DNA of 63,661 nucleotides, the filler included, from Choristocarpus tenellus KU-1152 (Eukaryota > Protista > Phaeophyceae), in assembly GCA_964200185.2 (NCBI GenBank). It is 10 parts of 10 records of this genome, joined end to end, with 100 filler letters (N's around TTAATTAATTAA, not from the genome) between each part and the next. Parts side by side here need not be neighbours in the genome. Positions count along the whole stretch, not along the records: positions 24,026 to 31,547 come from CAXNAD020006025.1; positions 31,648 to 38,674 come from CAXNAD020006825.1; 8 more parts are not named here. The stretch is one strand, 5' to 3'. Under the pieces are notes generated by a model. It did no database searches. It saw nothing but the letters and a program-made list of their open reading frames with translations, and was not told where the DNA came from. Both the position numbers and the translations under genes were made by a program. Position 1 is the first letter of the stretch; every line of letters starts with the position of its first letter. Of this stretch, positions 24,783 to 36,871 are shown in pieces.

Positions 24783-25043
24783 GAGTGAAAGTATCTTTGA
24801 GGGTAGGAGTTTTGCCCGGTTTGTCCAATTGGGGCTTGGCTTCCCATGTTTTTTTTAATGACATTTTTTCCTACTCCAAAATGTTTCGGAGTAGGTAAAA
24901 TGTGTATGTTATGAAAAGGTGTGTCCGAAACATAGATATTGACACTTCCTAACAAACAGTATAGCTAAAATTATATCAAAATCGCAACATTGGATTTTGA
25001 CCCTCAAATGGATGCGGCTCTACCCTCTAAGGTACTTTGCCTC
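24783..25043 (+). mobile_element. MITE family A copy
   Basis: GAGTGAAAGTATCTTTGAGGGTA ... TACCCTCTAAGGTACTTTGCCTC; flanks AACC/AGCC form a 4-bp TSD with one mismatch. Confidence 0.88.
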
Positions 25044-26199
25044 AGCCAGATTCTTTCACAGGAAATGTAAGGCTTCAAACTCGGTCAAGGCCAGACTTTC
25101 TTTTCAGATTAATTTGATTTCGATTAACCATGGGACGAGCATGACCGGAACGGTACACCTGTATACTTCTTGCCTGTCTCTGAACCACAAGAAGAACACG
25201 GAAAACTTGGATCGCATTGTGGCAAGGCTTCAATGCAGCCATGTGAATCCTGCACAAGCTTCAAGGAGGGAGGCAAAGCGACAAGTGGTGGGATGACTGA
25301 AACCTTTCTCGTCAAAATATGCAAGGTATGCACGGGGCAGTAAAACTAGTCAGAGTGCAACAGTTTGCTTGTAACTATGATTAGCAGTACATTTAGTAGT
25401 GCTTGGGCTAGGTAAAGTCGAGCTAGGTTCCAAGTCCCACTCAAAACTACAAATAATTACTGCTACATTGTTCTGGAGCAGAGCAAAGCGTTCTAAAACG
25501 CATGAGTACCTCATTATTGAGGTTGGATGGGGTGCCACGTTCGTTTTTTCACGCATGCTTTCTATGCATGCTATAATAGTAACCCATGAACGAAATAACT
25601 GTAGCTGCTTACTGTCTGGGTGCCTGGCTGCCTAACTGTTTAGCTGCTTGATAGTAGTGTTGATGCCATGTCCTAAATCGCACAAAGTCAAGCAGGTTGA
25701 TCTCACAAAAGATCTACTGGTGAACAATTCTGGATAATCGAGCAATAGATATTTCATGTGTAACATACTTGTCAAATTGGATATCATGCTGGACCTCATG
25801 GATATGTATACTGTAATATAGACATGATGTAAATATTCAACTTCTATTGTGTCATATCAATCACTCAAAGCTTGATTTTGAGCAACATGAACTAAGATTC
25901 TAGACTGATCTTCCTCAGTTGCTCTACAAGGACCTATAGGTATCCGTTTGAATCTATCTTCAACTTGTGGCGGCATGCAATGATCTACCTCGTGATTTGT
26001 TGCTATATCATGATCTATGCTATACGGTAGTATTTGTTATTTTCTCGAGATAGGTGGTGTCACATACATGCACACATACACACATACACACATACACACA
26101 CGTATATATACATACATAGCGGGTTTGATCCCCTTCCACATCACCTTCCACGTCAGTCTTCTTTTCAACAAAATGTGGTTTCAAAGATGCTATTCCAGG

Positions 26200-27300
26200 T
26201 AACAGGTATGACGGATTACGGGTTGGACACCTGTACTATCCCGTTTGTACATGTTACAAAAACACTGGACCAGTTAAAGGTGACAAGTTCGGGTTGGGTC
26301 CAGTAGAAGATTCGAGGGAAGAGACAGAGGTACAATTGGTGGGAGTGCTGAACCTGATGTGTGAGAATCGAGGAAGGAACAGAGACAAAAATAAGAAATA
26401 GTGCAACAATTAGTCGGTCCTTTGCATGAGAAGTGGTGCAGTGTGTAGTGCCTCTCACCACAGGTTGGGATGCCCACTACTACTATAGCACCTCTGATCA
26501 TGGGTCGGAATCGTGACTAATAATAGTAAAAATAATGAGTCAAGCCAACTGAGGGGCAGGATTGCGTTGTAAGGATCCCAAGAAAGGGTGAATAGACGCC
26601 ATCCTGTACAATTGCGGAAAGGGTCTTTCCTGGACTGTGATGTCACTTTGCGTGTGGAAAGGGGGAACATCAATTTTGTGTACGCTATTGTGCACATTAA
26701 CCAATTAAATAGAGTGTATTCCACAGGTTTAGAAAGATGATCTTAGAATGAAAAGGTTCTGAACATGCACGATTGACCCAATGGATGAGTACTTATCCCC
26801 TTATCAATGCCGTAAATTCAGTTGAGTGAACAAGAGGATGAAAACAAACTCCAACCCCACTTCTTTCCCTACACAAGGATTTTTTCTTAGCCCGGTGACA
26901 TTTTGTAGAGGTTGTCATGTAGGAAAACGAAAAGATAATTGGTCTCTTTGTTCTTGTCGAATTGTTCTTGTGATTGAATGCTATGAATGGCGTATACATT
27001 TATACCGAAGTAAGACGTACACTACCCATGACTGGTCTCTTGGACTATTATATTAGCGGAATCCTGTCGACAGGAATCTTCGTTTTGGCACAGTCACCTC
27101 GTTACTGTCACACCCAGTCTTCCCAAGGGCATCTTTGTACGACGACAGTATTTGATTGGTGTGTTCCCATTGCGAAATCCGATGCAATGTAAGAGGAACT
27201 GGCAGAGTGTCCATGTCACACAACCATGTGATAGGATCCCTGCTGAACTATCCCACAGAGACGCTGTAAAAGTAGGTCCCTGTTACTGACTGAGTACATG
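26200..27300 (-). mobile_element. Degenerate L1/Tx1-like LINE 3' region (zf-RVT-like remnant)
   Basis: 26550-26760 (minus) aligns with 52550-52740 (plus), for example CATTCTAAG..GATGTTCCC..CAATTGTACA..CCCTTTCTTGGGATCC. Translations (PFRNC..FTLSW; PEFIK..SNC..FALSW) resemble the ExxxHxFxxCxxxxxFW end of zf-RVT. The LINE assignment is an inference. Confidence 0.45.
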
Positions 27301-28134
27301 GGGGCCAAACCAATTGAGAGGTAGAAAGACCTTGAACCTTTTGCGTTCCAAGCCATCTTTATTATCCTGTGCAATACACTCGATTTTTTTGCTTATGCGT
27401 ACAATAGTGCACGAAAAAATGTTAAAGTAACCCGGTCATATATGGGTAGAAGAGTCAGATACAGGAATGTTACCAAATATTGTTGTAGAGTGATTATTCC
27501 AAAGTAGAGGGTGCGAACATACAACTTCAAAACACTAAGCTTAATGGAGTCAATTCTTATCCATCCATTCATATACAAGAACAAATATGGGCTAGCCAAC
27601 AAATAGGTCTTGTGTTCTCACTCTACATCATACTAGTAGTGATACCCAATACAGTTGAAGGAGTCTATTCGAACACCATCCCTAGCTCAAACAACTCTGA
27701 GCGGTCACTAGGCATACCTTCTACTGAACTCACTCAAGAAAAAAAATCCAAACAATTACGAAGAATTCAAAATCCAACGAAAACAAACCACTAAACATAG
27801 TTTAAGTTCAGCAAAGCCCCTGCATGTCTCCGAAAAGGTCCCTCCGCTGGAGGCCTGGTCAGCATATCTCCATCCTACTCATCTGAGTTAACATAGATAA
27901 TGTGTATTTGCTCTTTTGTTACCAATTCCCTCAGGAAATGTGTTGCACATCTATGTGCTTGGTCCTGTCTGAACTCAAAGCGTTGTTAGCCAAATAGATG
28001 GCCCTTTGTTGACCTCATATACCACATAACAAGATCCAGAAACATCAGGTCGAACAAACTCCAACACACCCCTCAAAAACAACTCCTTCACACAGCCTCC
28101 CATGCGCATGTACTCAGCTTCTGCAGTGGACTGT

Positions 28135-28393
28135 GAGCCAGAGTATCTTAGAGGGTAGAGCCGCGTCCATTTGGGGCCAAAATTCAATTTTGCGATTTTG
28201 ATGTAGTTTTGGCTATCGTCTTTGTTCAGATGTACGAATATCTTTGTTCCGGACACACCTTTTCGTAACGTTTACATTTTACCTACTCTGAAACATTTTG
28301 AAGTAGGAAAACGTCATTAAAAAATCCCCTCAGAAGCCAAGCCGCAAATGGACAAACAGGGCAAAACTCGTACCCTCTAAGATACTTTCACTC
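28135..28393 (-). mobile_element. MITE family A copy inserted in Copia RNase H
   Basis: TIRs GAGCCAGAGTATCTTAGAGGGTA / TACCCTCTAAGATACTTTCACTC. Removing the element and a 3-bp duplication (TGT) restores IIAQSTAEAEY. Confidence 0.9.
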
Positions 28394-28732
28394 TGTGCAA
28401 TGATACGCTGGGTCTTAGATAGCCAAGGCAACTCCTCTCCACCCACACATCACTGCCCCCCCTGATACAGAACGTCCATTAAAAGTCTCGTCCACGTCAG
28501 CATTGGCCGCTAGTTTCAGTCCTGTTCCTCTCTCCTAGGATAAGCCCAACACCCGCGTTCCTTTGAGGTACTTGGCGATCTGGGTCACAGCTCTCCAGTG
28601 GACATTACTTGGAGCATGTGAATGACGGGCTACAGCTCACACTGCCTTAGCCACTTCTGGCCTGGTCATGTTACTGACCCACATCAACACCTCAAATGGT
28701 TCTCGAAAAGGGCAATTCTCTGACAGGGTATC

Positions 28733-28990
28733 GAGTGAAACTATCTTAGAGGGTAGAGCTGCGTCCGTTTGAGGGCCAATATCCAATGTTGCAATCTTGA
28801 TGTAATTTTAGCGATCATATTTTTGAGGGATGTCAATATCCTTGTTCCGGACACACTTTTTCATAATGTATACATTTTACCTGCTCCGAAACGTTTTGGA
28901 GTAGGAAAAATGTCATTAAAAACCCGTGGGAAGCCAAGCCCCAAATTAAGAAACAAGGAAAAGCTCGTACCCTCTAAGATACTTTCTCTC
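28733..28990 (-). mobile_element. MITE family A copy inserted in Copia pol
   Basis: TIRs GAGTGAAACTATCTTAGAGGGTA / TACCCTCTAAGATACTTTCTCTC, with a perfect 4-bp TSD TATC. Confidence 0.9.
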
Positions 28991-29680
28991 TATCACCCTC
29001 CCTAATTCCCAGCTTTCAGGGAGGGGCAGCAGGGATGGGACTTCTTGATTGGGTGAAAAAACGTTAACACAAGCTGTCAATGTAGATAGGAAGTGTGACA
29101 TACCTCGTGTAAGTGCAGTCAGAAAGCTGAGGCAACAAGCCAAGATTCTTGGTGAGGAATTCGTCTTTCAGGATGGCACAAAGATAATTACAATCATCAC
29201 CAGACGCCAAAACCATCATGTCATCCACATGAAATGCAAGGATTATTTTCAAAACACGATTCCTCCAGAGTCTAAATGAACACGGGTCAATCAGACACTG
29301 CTCAAAACCGTTAAACATAAGGGTGGAAGCCAGGTTAGCATTCCACGTCCTAGAGGACTGCTGCTTTAAACCATACAGGGACCTGTTAAGGCATACCGTC
29401 ATATAGGAGAGATCTCCACATCCCTGTCGGACATGCATGTAAACTTCCTCATCTAGGTCAGATTGAACAAGGGCATGCTCTACATCTAGGTGCCATATCC
29501 TCAGGTTCAACTCACCAGTCACACTGACCATTAGCCTAGCCGATGAGGCGGAAGGTGTGGGGGCAGAGGTTTCGAAGTCATCAACGCCATACCCCTGGCC
29601 AAAACCTTGGGAAACAAGCCTAGCATTAGCCCCATTAAACATCCCAAAACAGTCACCCTTATACTTGAACAACCACCTGG

Positions 29681-30337
29681 TGTTGAAACCTGAATCGAAC
29701 GGGTTGTGTGTAAACACAAGTGCTTTCGTGTCCAATGGATAGTTCGTGTTGCGAAGAGTTGTCATAGTGCCGCAAAGCACCAGTGGGTTTGTTCTGTTAA
29801 AACTGAAGTCATTGCTTGCTCAGTCAGAAGATGGATGATGTGAATTCAGGGTTCTTCCTAAATTCACTCAAAGGAAGAAATGCATGCTCTAAGAAGGGGC
29901 TTGTTACCTTGGCGGACAAAGGTTTCTGCAGATGTCTTAACTCTGAATATATGGCATCCAGGCGTGTATCAGGTTACACTTTACGCAGAGTGAGCTTGGT
30001 GTTTTATGAGGGGACAATGCCACCAAGAAAAATACTAATCAACAATTGACATAGAACTGGAGGCTTCTGCTGTTAAGAAGAAGGGAAAACAAAAATCAAA
30101 GAAACACAACAAACTTGAATCAATATCTCTGATATAACTCGAGCGAGATATTATATGCCTATGTGTGTGATGTGTAGCGACTGTTCTGATGCTTCCTATG
30201 TACTGCGGTGTTTTGAAGATGAGCTAGTACGGTAGTGAAAGTAACGACCAGTACGGCGGACTAGTCCACAGTCAGTATGGACCGGTGGCACTGTATCATA
30301 TCAAGAAAAGAACAAATGAGTAGCCTATGATTTAACA
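29681..30337. mobile_element. Solo LTR (657 bp) nested in the Copia RT domain
   Basis: Begins TGTTGAAA and ends TTTAACA, with 5-bp flanks CCTGG/CTTGG. Its removal rejoins RRKAIGS-K/R-WLFKYK in RT. Confidence 0.82.
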
Positions 30338-32120
30338 CTTGGAACCAATAGCCTTACGTCTCAGGAGTACATCTGCACCACTGAAGGTATCAATGTCCAA
30401 TAAACCGTCCAACTCCTTAGGCATAGTCTCTTCCCATACTGGCCAGTATCCAGACTTTCGAGCCTCAGCTAAGGACTGTTGGACTGGTCTTAACTCAGAA
30501 ACAAGACAACCGTGAAGGGGGATACACATCACCACAGACTCGGCATGGGCTGGACAGCCAGGTCGTAAGCAACATATTTTCCACTATACATTTGCAACGA
30601 GACACATCGCATAACCAGTACCTGCACTCCCTTCAACTCTGGCACGCGTTTTCTGTCGAGTCCTATCCAACTCATTGCAAGCTTCACAGACTGGTTTGGG
30701 AAGAAAGTCTTCCAGATGGCAAGCTGCAGTACGGGCAGGCGTTGAGTCAGCACCTACCTGAGGCAAGTGCTGAGAACTCAAGGGTGAGACATGTCTTACA
30801 CTCCCTTCAATGTCTCGGGTAGTGTCTCTGGACAGACTCTTGTGAACCTGACCTCCCTCCCCATCGCAAGGGGAAGGGTCTACAGTCAGATCCCTGACAA
30901 TCTGACCTACACTCCCTTCATCAAGGGGAGGATCATTAGCTAAACCGACTCCTTTGTTACCAAAGGGTGACCTCTCACCTAGCACAAACCTGCCCTCACC
31001 TCCATCGCTACAGGAAGAGTGATTAGGTATGAAGTGGAGGAGCGAGATGAGCAAATACACTGTACATCTAATGGTGGCCACCTGCTTCGGGATTGGAAAA
31101 CTTGTCCTCAGAGCGAAGGACTGCATCAAGCCCTCCCCCCCCCTTTCGCAAAGCAAGGCAACCTCTCCCACTGAGGGAAGACTGGGGTCCTTACTGGACA
31201 GCCAGGTCAGGTAACGCATAGTAATAATGACACCAGTCGGAGTAAGAACAAGATACGCATCATGGGGGTGATTGGTCACTGGTCTCAGGTAAAAATACCG
31301 TTGCATCTTCTGGAAAGTCTTGCAGGTCTTACTGAGACGGTAAAAATCGGGTTGAAGAATTTACAGGTCATCAGGGGTGCAGGGGTGCCATACCACATTT
31401 CATATGGTGCTTTACCACCAAGTCGTGGGCGATGTGTGGCTAAGCGAGTCACAGACATGGTGTTGAGCTCAGCCCAGAGAGAGTCTGTCTTGGGGATAGT
31501 GACACGGGGGGAAAGTAGTGGACCTTGGAGGCGAGCAGCCAATGAAGNNNNNNNNNNNNNNNNNNNNNNNNNNNNNNNNNNNNNNNNNNNNTTAATTAAT
31601 TAANNNNNNNNNNNNNNNNNNNNNNNNNNNNNNNNNNNNNNNNNNNNATCTCCCTGGTGACTCTAGTTTGAAGTGCATGACACGTCGAGACAATGCCACT
31701 TGCGTAGTCACCGAAACAATTTGGTGTAGCCTGGATTTAACTACTCCTTTCCGGCCGTATCCTCCCGCTCTGCAATATTGTTTCTACTGGTAGCGCAACT
31801 TCATCCCTTCCTCCTACTACATGCATCTAATATGCGGTAGGTAGCTGAAAATTGTGCACATCTTAGCAAGAATGATCAACTACAGTTCCTTCTGTGCATG
31901 CAGTATCAGCAATGAAAGTCAGTGTATAATATGTGCCAGTTAGTGGTGACAGTAGTCCCATGGACAATTCATTCGTTCAAGATATGATCTGATATTAAAA
32001 GAAGTGGAATCGAATACACACTTGTTTTTGATATATATGTCTGTGAGGGAGCATGTAACTCTGATGGATACTCTTCCAAACACTACTTACAGCAGTAGTT
32101 GATATTTCTAACTTGAACTA

Positions 32121-35100
32121 GGGTGGTACTAGTAGCTTCGCCCTCTGTGGCTTTTCTGCTTTTTTTCACGTGCTGCCCCAACAAGTATACAACAATATTT
32201 ATGTATATATACAGTAAGGGTCCCACTTTAGTGCGGTGTAGTGACAAGAAGCATTTACCGCACTATTGCGGGACCCCGCACTATTCGTTAACATTCCTGA
32301 ATAGTGCGATCACCGCGCTATTCAAGCAAATCATCTACATACATGTGTAGTTCAGAGTAATGACACAACTTAAACACATACCTGGTACGGCAGTATCGCC
32401 TACCGCACAAAAACAACGTGTGCGGCCACGTGGATAATATGGAGTGTGATGAGAGGACGGTCGCGGCTGCTTGTTTCGGGTACTGTACTGCTGTATGAAG
32501 CTGTAACTGTTGTGTTTGTGGCAGAGCATTCTGTACCATGCACATTGTGTCATATCGCATAGACAGCGGTACTGGGCAATGTACAGCAGTACTGTACAGT
32601 ACGTACTGTATCCAGAAAGGGAATAACAGCAATCTGGTCCTGCTGTAGTGTTGTTGTATCTCACGCATATCATTGCAATACACGATACGTTTCAGAGTAC
32701 GACTCATGCTCAGAGCTCTCATGACGATCTATTCATACTGTACTCGTATCACCGCACACCACACTCAAAATCCACCACGCGTCAGAGTGCAGAGCAGGAG
32801 GACTGACTGCCCGTGCCCGAGCCTACTCGTCGCTTCTACACCGAACCGTAACCGAACAGGACCACCAGCGATAAACCTGAAAATCAAGACAAATTACAGC
32901 TGGAATTAAGACACTGAACCACTACCACCCCTCTCTCCACTACATATCCCTCTTTGGTATGCTTGCAAAGGCTCTAATGTCTGTCTGTTGTACAGGTTTA
33001 GAGGCATGCGCATTGATCATTGCCATCCTGACCTTCTGTAGGTGGAAAGCGGCCTCCTGCATGTCACATTTCTCGGCGATGGTCTCCAAGTGATGGAAGT
33101 GGGAAGAGAGTTCCGAATAAGACGGAGGCACCTCAACTTCGCGTCTCCTGGAGTCATCTTCCCCGCCCTCTTTTTCATCGTCGGACACGTTTTCGGGTAC
33201 CTCTTACGTGTACATGTTTAAACACTCTGTAACCTCTTCCACCCCATCAAGCTCCAGAGCCTCCACGACATCCTCCTGGTCTTCTACCGTTGCCCACTCG
33301 TGAGGCCAGCAGCTATCTCGGTGTGAGTAACCTTTTGGCCCAGCAGCTCCACAACTTCCAGCTTCTGCCCCAGAGTCAGCCGTCCGCGGGACGTGCATGC
33401 TGCTTTCTTGGCGGCTCCAGGCCCTCCCAAGGAAGATGCCGCACCAAGTTTGTGCTTGCCCGCGGCAACTTGCGAGGACTGGTTGGCAGACTGCTTGGCA
33501 GCAACGTATGTGGGGCAGATGCGGTGCAATTCGTTGCCGCTCTCCGGCTCCACTTGACCACAGGTGCCGTGGAGCCGGCCACCACACCCTCCTTGGCATA
33601 CATGGCCGTTAGGTTTTTTGGGGTCATGTCGGGAAACAGGCATAGCTCACCTGCAGCACAGGGCATCATGTGGTACATGCCTACTGCTGCACAACAGTAG
33701 TACTGCTGTAGTACAGTATGACAGGTTTTCTCTGTGTGTGTTTGGTGTGTAGAGAGAGAATGTGTGGTGACCGCACTATTCAGGGTCATCATGACCCCCT
33801 AACCGCACTATCGGGGGTATATCCCTCCATAGTGCGGTTACCGCACTATGGAGGGACTGAAGTCATGCCAAGCGATTTTAACCGCACTGTTGCGGGACAT
33901 GAACTATTCCGGGCAGCACTAAAGTGGGACCCTTACTGTGTAAAATAAAAGGGTACGACAAGAGCTTTTGAAGGTTTTTATCCACGAATACACAGGCTTC
34001 GGGGAACGGGAGCTATTTCCCGATGAAATAATGGGAAAAAAGCGGTGGGAATATCTTCCGGCGCAATTTTGAAGGTCACGACTTCAAAACGGGTTAAAAT
34101 GAAGTGGTTGGCTGAACTCCTTGGAGGAAACTGGTTCGAGGTAGGTCGCTGACCAAGTTTGGGCGGTGGGCCTGTACCGCAAAAAAAAAGCAGACAAAAC
34201 CCCCTAGATTTCTGGACATTTTTTTATCAGGAAATCTTTTAAACGCCTCTTCCAGGCTTTCTGTGAGCAACACACCAACATGAACCACGACAGTGAGACA
34301 AGGAGGGTCACCGAGGCCACTTTGCCCCCTGGATCTACCCTCTGCAACTTTTCTGTTGAGAGGCGACGGAAAAACAAGTACTGTGTGAAACTCAGTGTGA
34401 CGTTAGGCGACGAGAAAGTGCATGTAGTGTGGCGCAGCAGATGATCGAATCGCGAAATGGACCACGCGGTCGCGACACTGACGCTGAGAGATGATGCATT
34501 GAAAGAATTCCCACACGAACGTGGTTGGGTCTTCAACCACTTCGGAGAACTGTTCGGCAAGAACTGCCACCTCGGGAAAACAGGAAGAGAGCGGCGAGTC
34601 TTTCACCAGGTGGTATAGTGACGAAGTCTGTGAGGAAGCCTGGTCGCGGGGGGGTGAAGGGAGAACCAGAGTGGCCGCCCGAAGGGAAGGTTGGGGAAGA
34701 GAGTAGTGTGACGCGTGCCATTGCGCTCAGGAAACGCTTAAACGAAAACCCGGGTGTAGAATATCTTAGTAGCCGACAGTTGCAGCAGGCCCTGGCTGTT
34801 TGGAAGGTGTCCGAGTCGGAGTGACTTAAGGAAACGAGAAAGAAGGTGTCAGGGTTGGGCTACAAGTGCTTTCAAGCCCGAAAGAAGGTCGAAAGGGCTT
34901 GCAAGGTGGAGGAGAAAGCGATTGCAACAAAAGCAGCTGTGGAGAATTCTTGATACCACCAAATCCTTTACTTCGAAGACGTCGGAAGCAGGTGGAGGTA
35001 GCCATCGACGAGGACGCTAGGGCAGAAGAGGAGGTGAGATAGAGACTATTTGCACACCAATGGTTTGGTGTCTCCAACCTCTTGCAAGATACCGTACATT

Positions 35101-35819
35101 CACTTTCATTCCTGGACTTAGGGTTGGATGTATAAAGTTGATTAAGGCTTTCTCCCAGCCTGCATTCACTCGAGAAATCAACACAATTTTCGTTCAACTC
35201 AAGTCTGTCCTCCCTCCTCGCCCTTGGGCCTTGATAAAATATCACCCGCCCAGGAAACACGGACGATGCCCATTTCCAGTGCTCAACGAGGAAATGTGAT
35301 GGTAAGGGCTCTAACACTGCGAATCCTGCACCTCTGTATGAACGACGGGAAAGACCATCAAACCGCGCTCAAGATGGCAGCAGGATATGCGATGTTCAGG
35401 TCAGAAACTGTGAATAAATGGGAGAGAGACTTCCTAACTAAGGGCCACATCAAGGTGTCAGAGCAAGGGCGCTATGAGAGGCGTTTCATTCTGGGCGTCG
35501 ATGTGGACATCCTTGCCAAGGTCAAAGAGTGGGTGCGTGAAAACACAGGAAGGGTAGGGAGGCGTTTTTCCCGCATAAACCCTATACTTTAATCAAGTGA
35601 TATGCTTGTTGCCATCTTGGTGACCTACAATTCAGGGTTCGAATTCCAACTGAGCACTCTTTCTTCAAAAAAGAAAAAAATGGCGAATAAAAAACGAAGC
35701 CCGTACTCTGGAGGGCCTTGTGACGGGCATCACGAATGTGCTTTTATTTTTTTAATTCGATGTCTACATCAAAAGTTATCACAGGACAACCCCAGAGGGC
35801 GAAGTTACTGGTACCACTC
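32121..35819 (+). mobile_element. TA-flanked DNA transposon (IS630/Tc1/mariner-like, internally deleted) hosting a nested pogo element
   Basis: 27-bp TIRs GGGTGGTACTAGTAGCTTCGCCCTCTG and CAGAGGGCGAAGTTACTGGTACCACTC match at 24/27, and both are flanked by TA. A decayed plus-strand ORF from 34280 ends in ETVNKWERDFLTKGHIKVSEQGRY..DILAKVKEWVRENTGR, which resembles the N-terminal region of a Tc1-like DDE transposase family (my recognition, not a search). No DDE core is present. Confidence 0.75.
32212..33938 (-). mobile_element. pogo/Tigger-like DNA transposon, internally deleted
   Basis: Perfect 23-bp TIRs CAGTAAGGGTCCCACTTTAGTGC, flanked by TA on the left and TG on the right, with repeated subterminal CCGCACTA motifs. 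Minus-strand remnants include a CENP-B/psq-type HTH start RGRLTLGQKLEVVELL..HTEIA and an acidic C-terminus ending KPVQQTDIRAF. The DDE core is absent. Confidence 0.88.
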
Positions 35820-36871
35820 TATTATTAATACTGCAACCACACTGAGAAGAGTGCGATTGGTGTCGAGAAAGTTGTAGATACACCAAACACTTCAATAAGT
35901 TGTACTGTAATGGTTTTGTACTAACTAGTACATGCTGTACATGGTTGTGGCGCTCTGTTGTGCAAGCAGCTAAACTGCAGTCAGATGCATTGTTGGGAGC
36001 GAGGGAATCTAAACCAGGCTATGGCAGGCTCCTGCAACTCGATCAGTTTACTCTACCCCACAACAACAGTACATCCCTGCTGTGTAATGGTGCCTCTCTG
36101 AATAGAACCTTAGCGTACACTGCATCATGTAGCACCTTACTAATGATTGGGCAGTATTGGCACTATTACACATAGTACTAATAGTAGCAGGCATTACCCT
36201 CACGTTTGCTGTTACATACTTTCAGCTTTCATGTTCTGATATACCTCATGACTGCAGCTGCGCCCAATGGTGAGGCCTACACCTTGGTTGTACAACCAGC
36301 CCTCCATAACCTATTTCTTCTTGCTTGTAAATATCATCAGTTGTTTCTTCCCAACAGACATACATACAAGTTGCTCGCAAAAGCTGTAACCATGAAAATG
36401 ATGCCTGCCTTCTTAGCCTCTGTTGACAACTGCACACCAGCCACAGGCGCTTCCTATCATGTCTCAAGCAACCAACTTCTCAACTCTGACGACATGCTCA
36501 GGGAGAAAGTGGTAATGAAGTATAATGTTGTCCAGAAAGGTACCGACAGTCCACCCCCCCTCAACGAGCAACACAACCCTATCAATTATCAACGAAAACG
36601 ATATTTTGCACCTTTTTTGTGCAATCAATATCTTGCACTAGTAACATAAGGTCTGGTGACGAGCAAGCATCATGTGTATTGCCCATCCCCTGCAATACAC
36701 CATGCAATTCCTGTGTTGCACCAGAAGGATCATACGACTGAAAAAACATTCCAAACAAATGAAAGACATGGCATCTACTATTATTGCTTACACTTCTCTG
36801 AGACTGAAGGATAGCGTTGTCAACAAGTACTGCCTGGCACCTAGTTTCCTCTCTCCAGATCTAATACACAA

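Larger units (their letters stand above)
27470..31547 (-). mobile_element. Degenerate Ty1/Copia element (IN C-terminus, RT, RNase H, 3' LTR start); 5' part lost at the linker
   Basis: Integrase end LWAE..LGGKAPYEMWYG (31285-31542); RT ARLVSQGFGQ..VDDFETSAPT..HLDVEHALVQ..SLYGLKQ..HVDDM (29064-29680); RNase H QSTAEAEY..RTKHIDV..DMLTR (27800-28130); PPT followed by TGTTCGAATAG at 27675. The left boundary is approximate. Confidence 0.85.

Noticed and set aside
36206-36649. 147-aa plus-strand ORF
   Set aside because: No recognisable motif and no partner exons identified.
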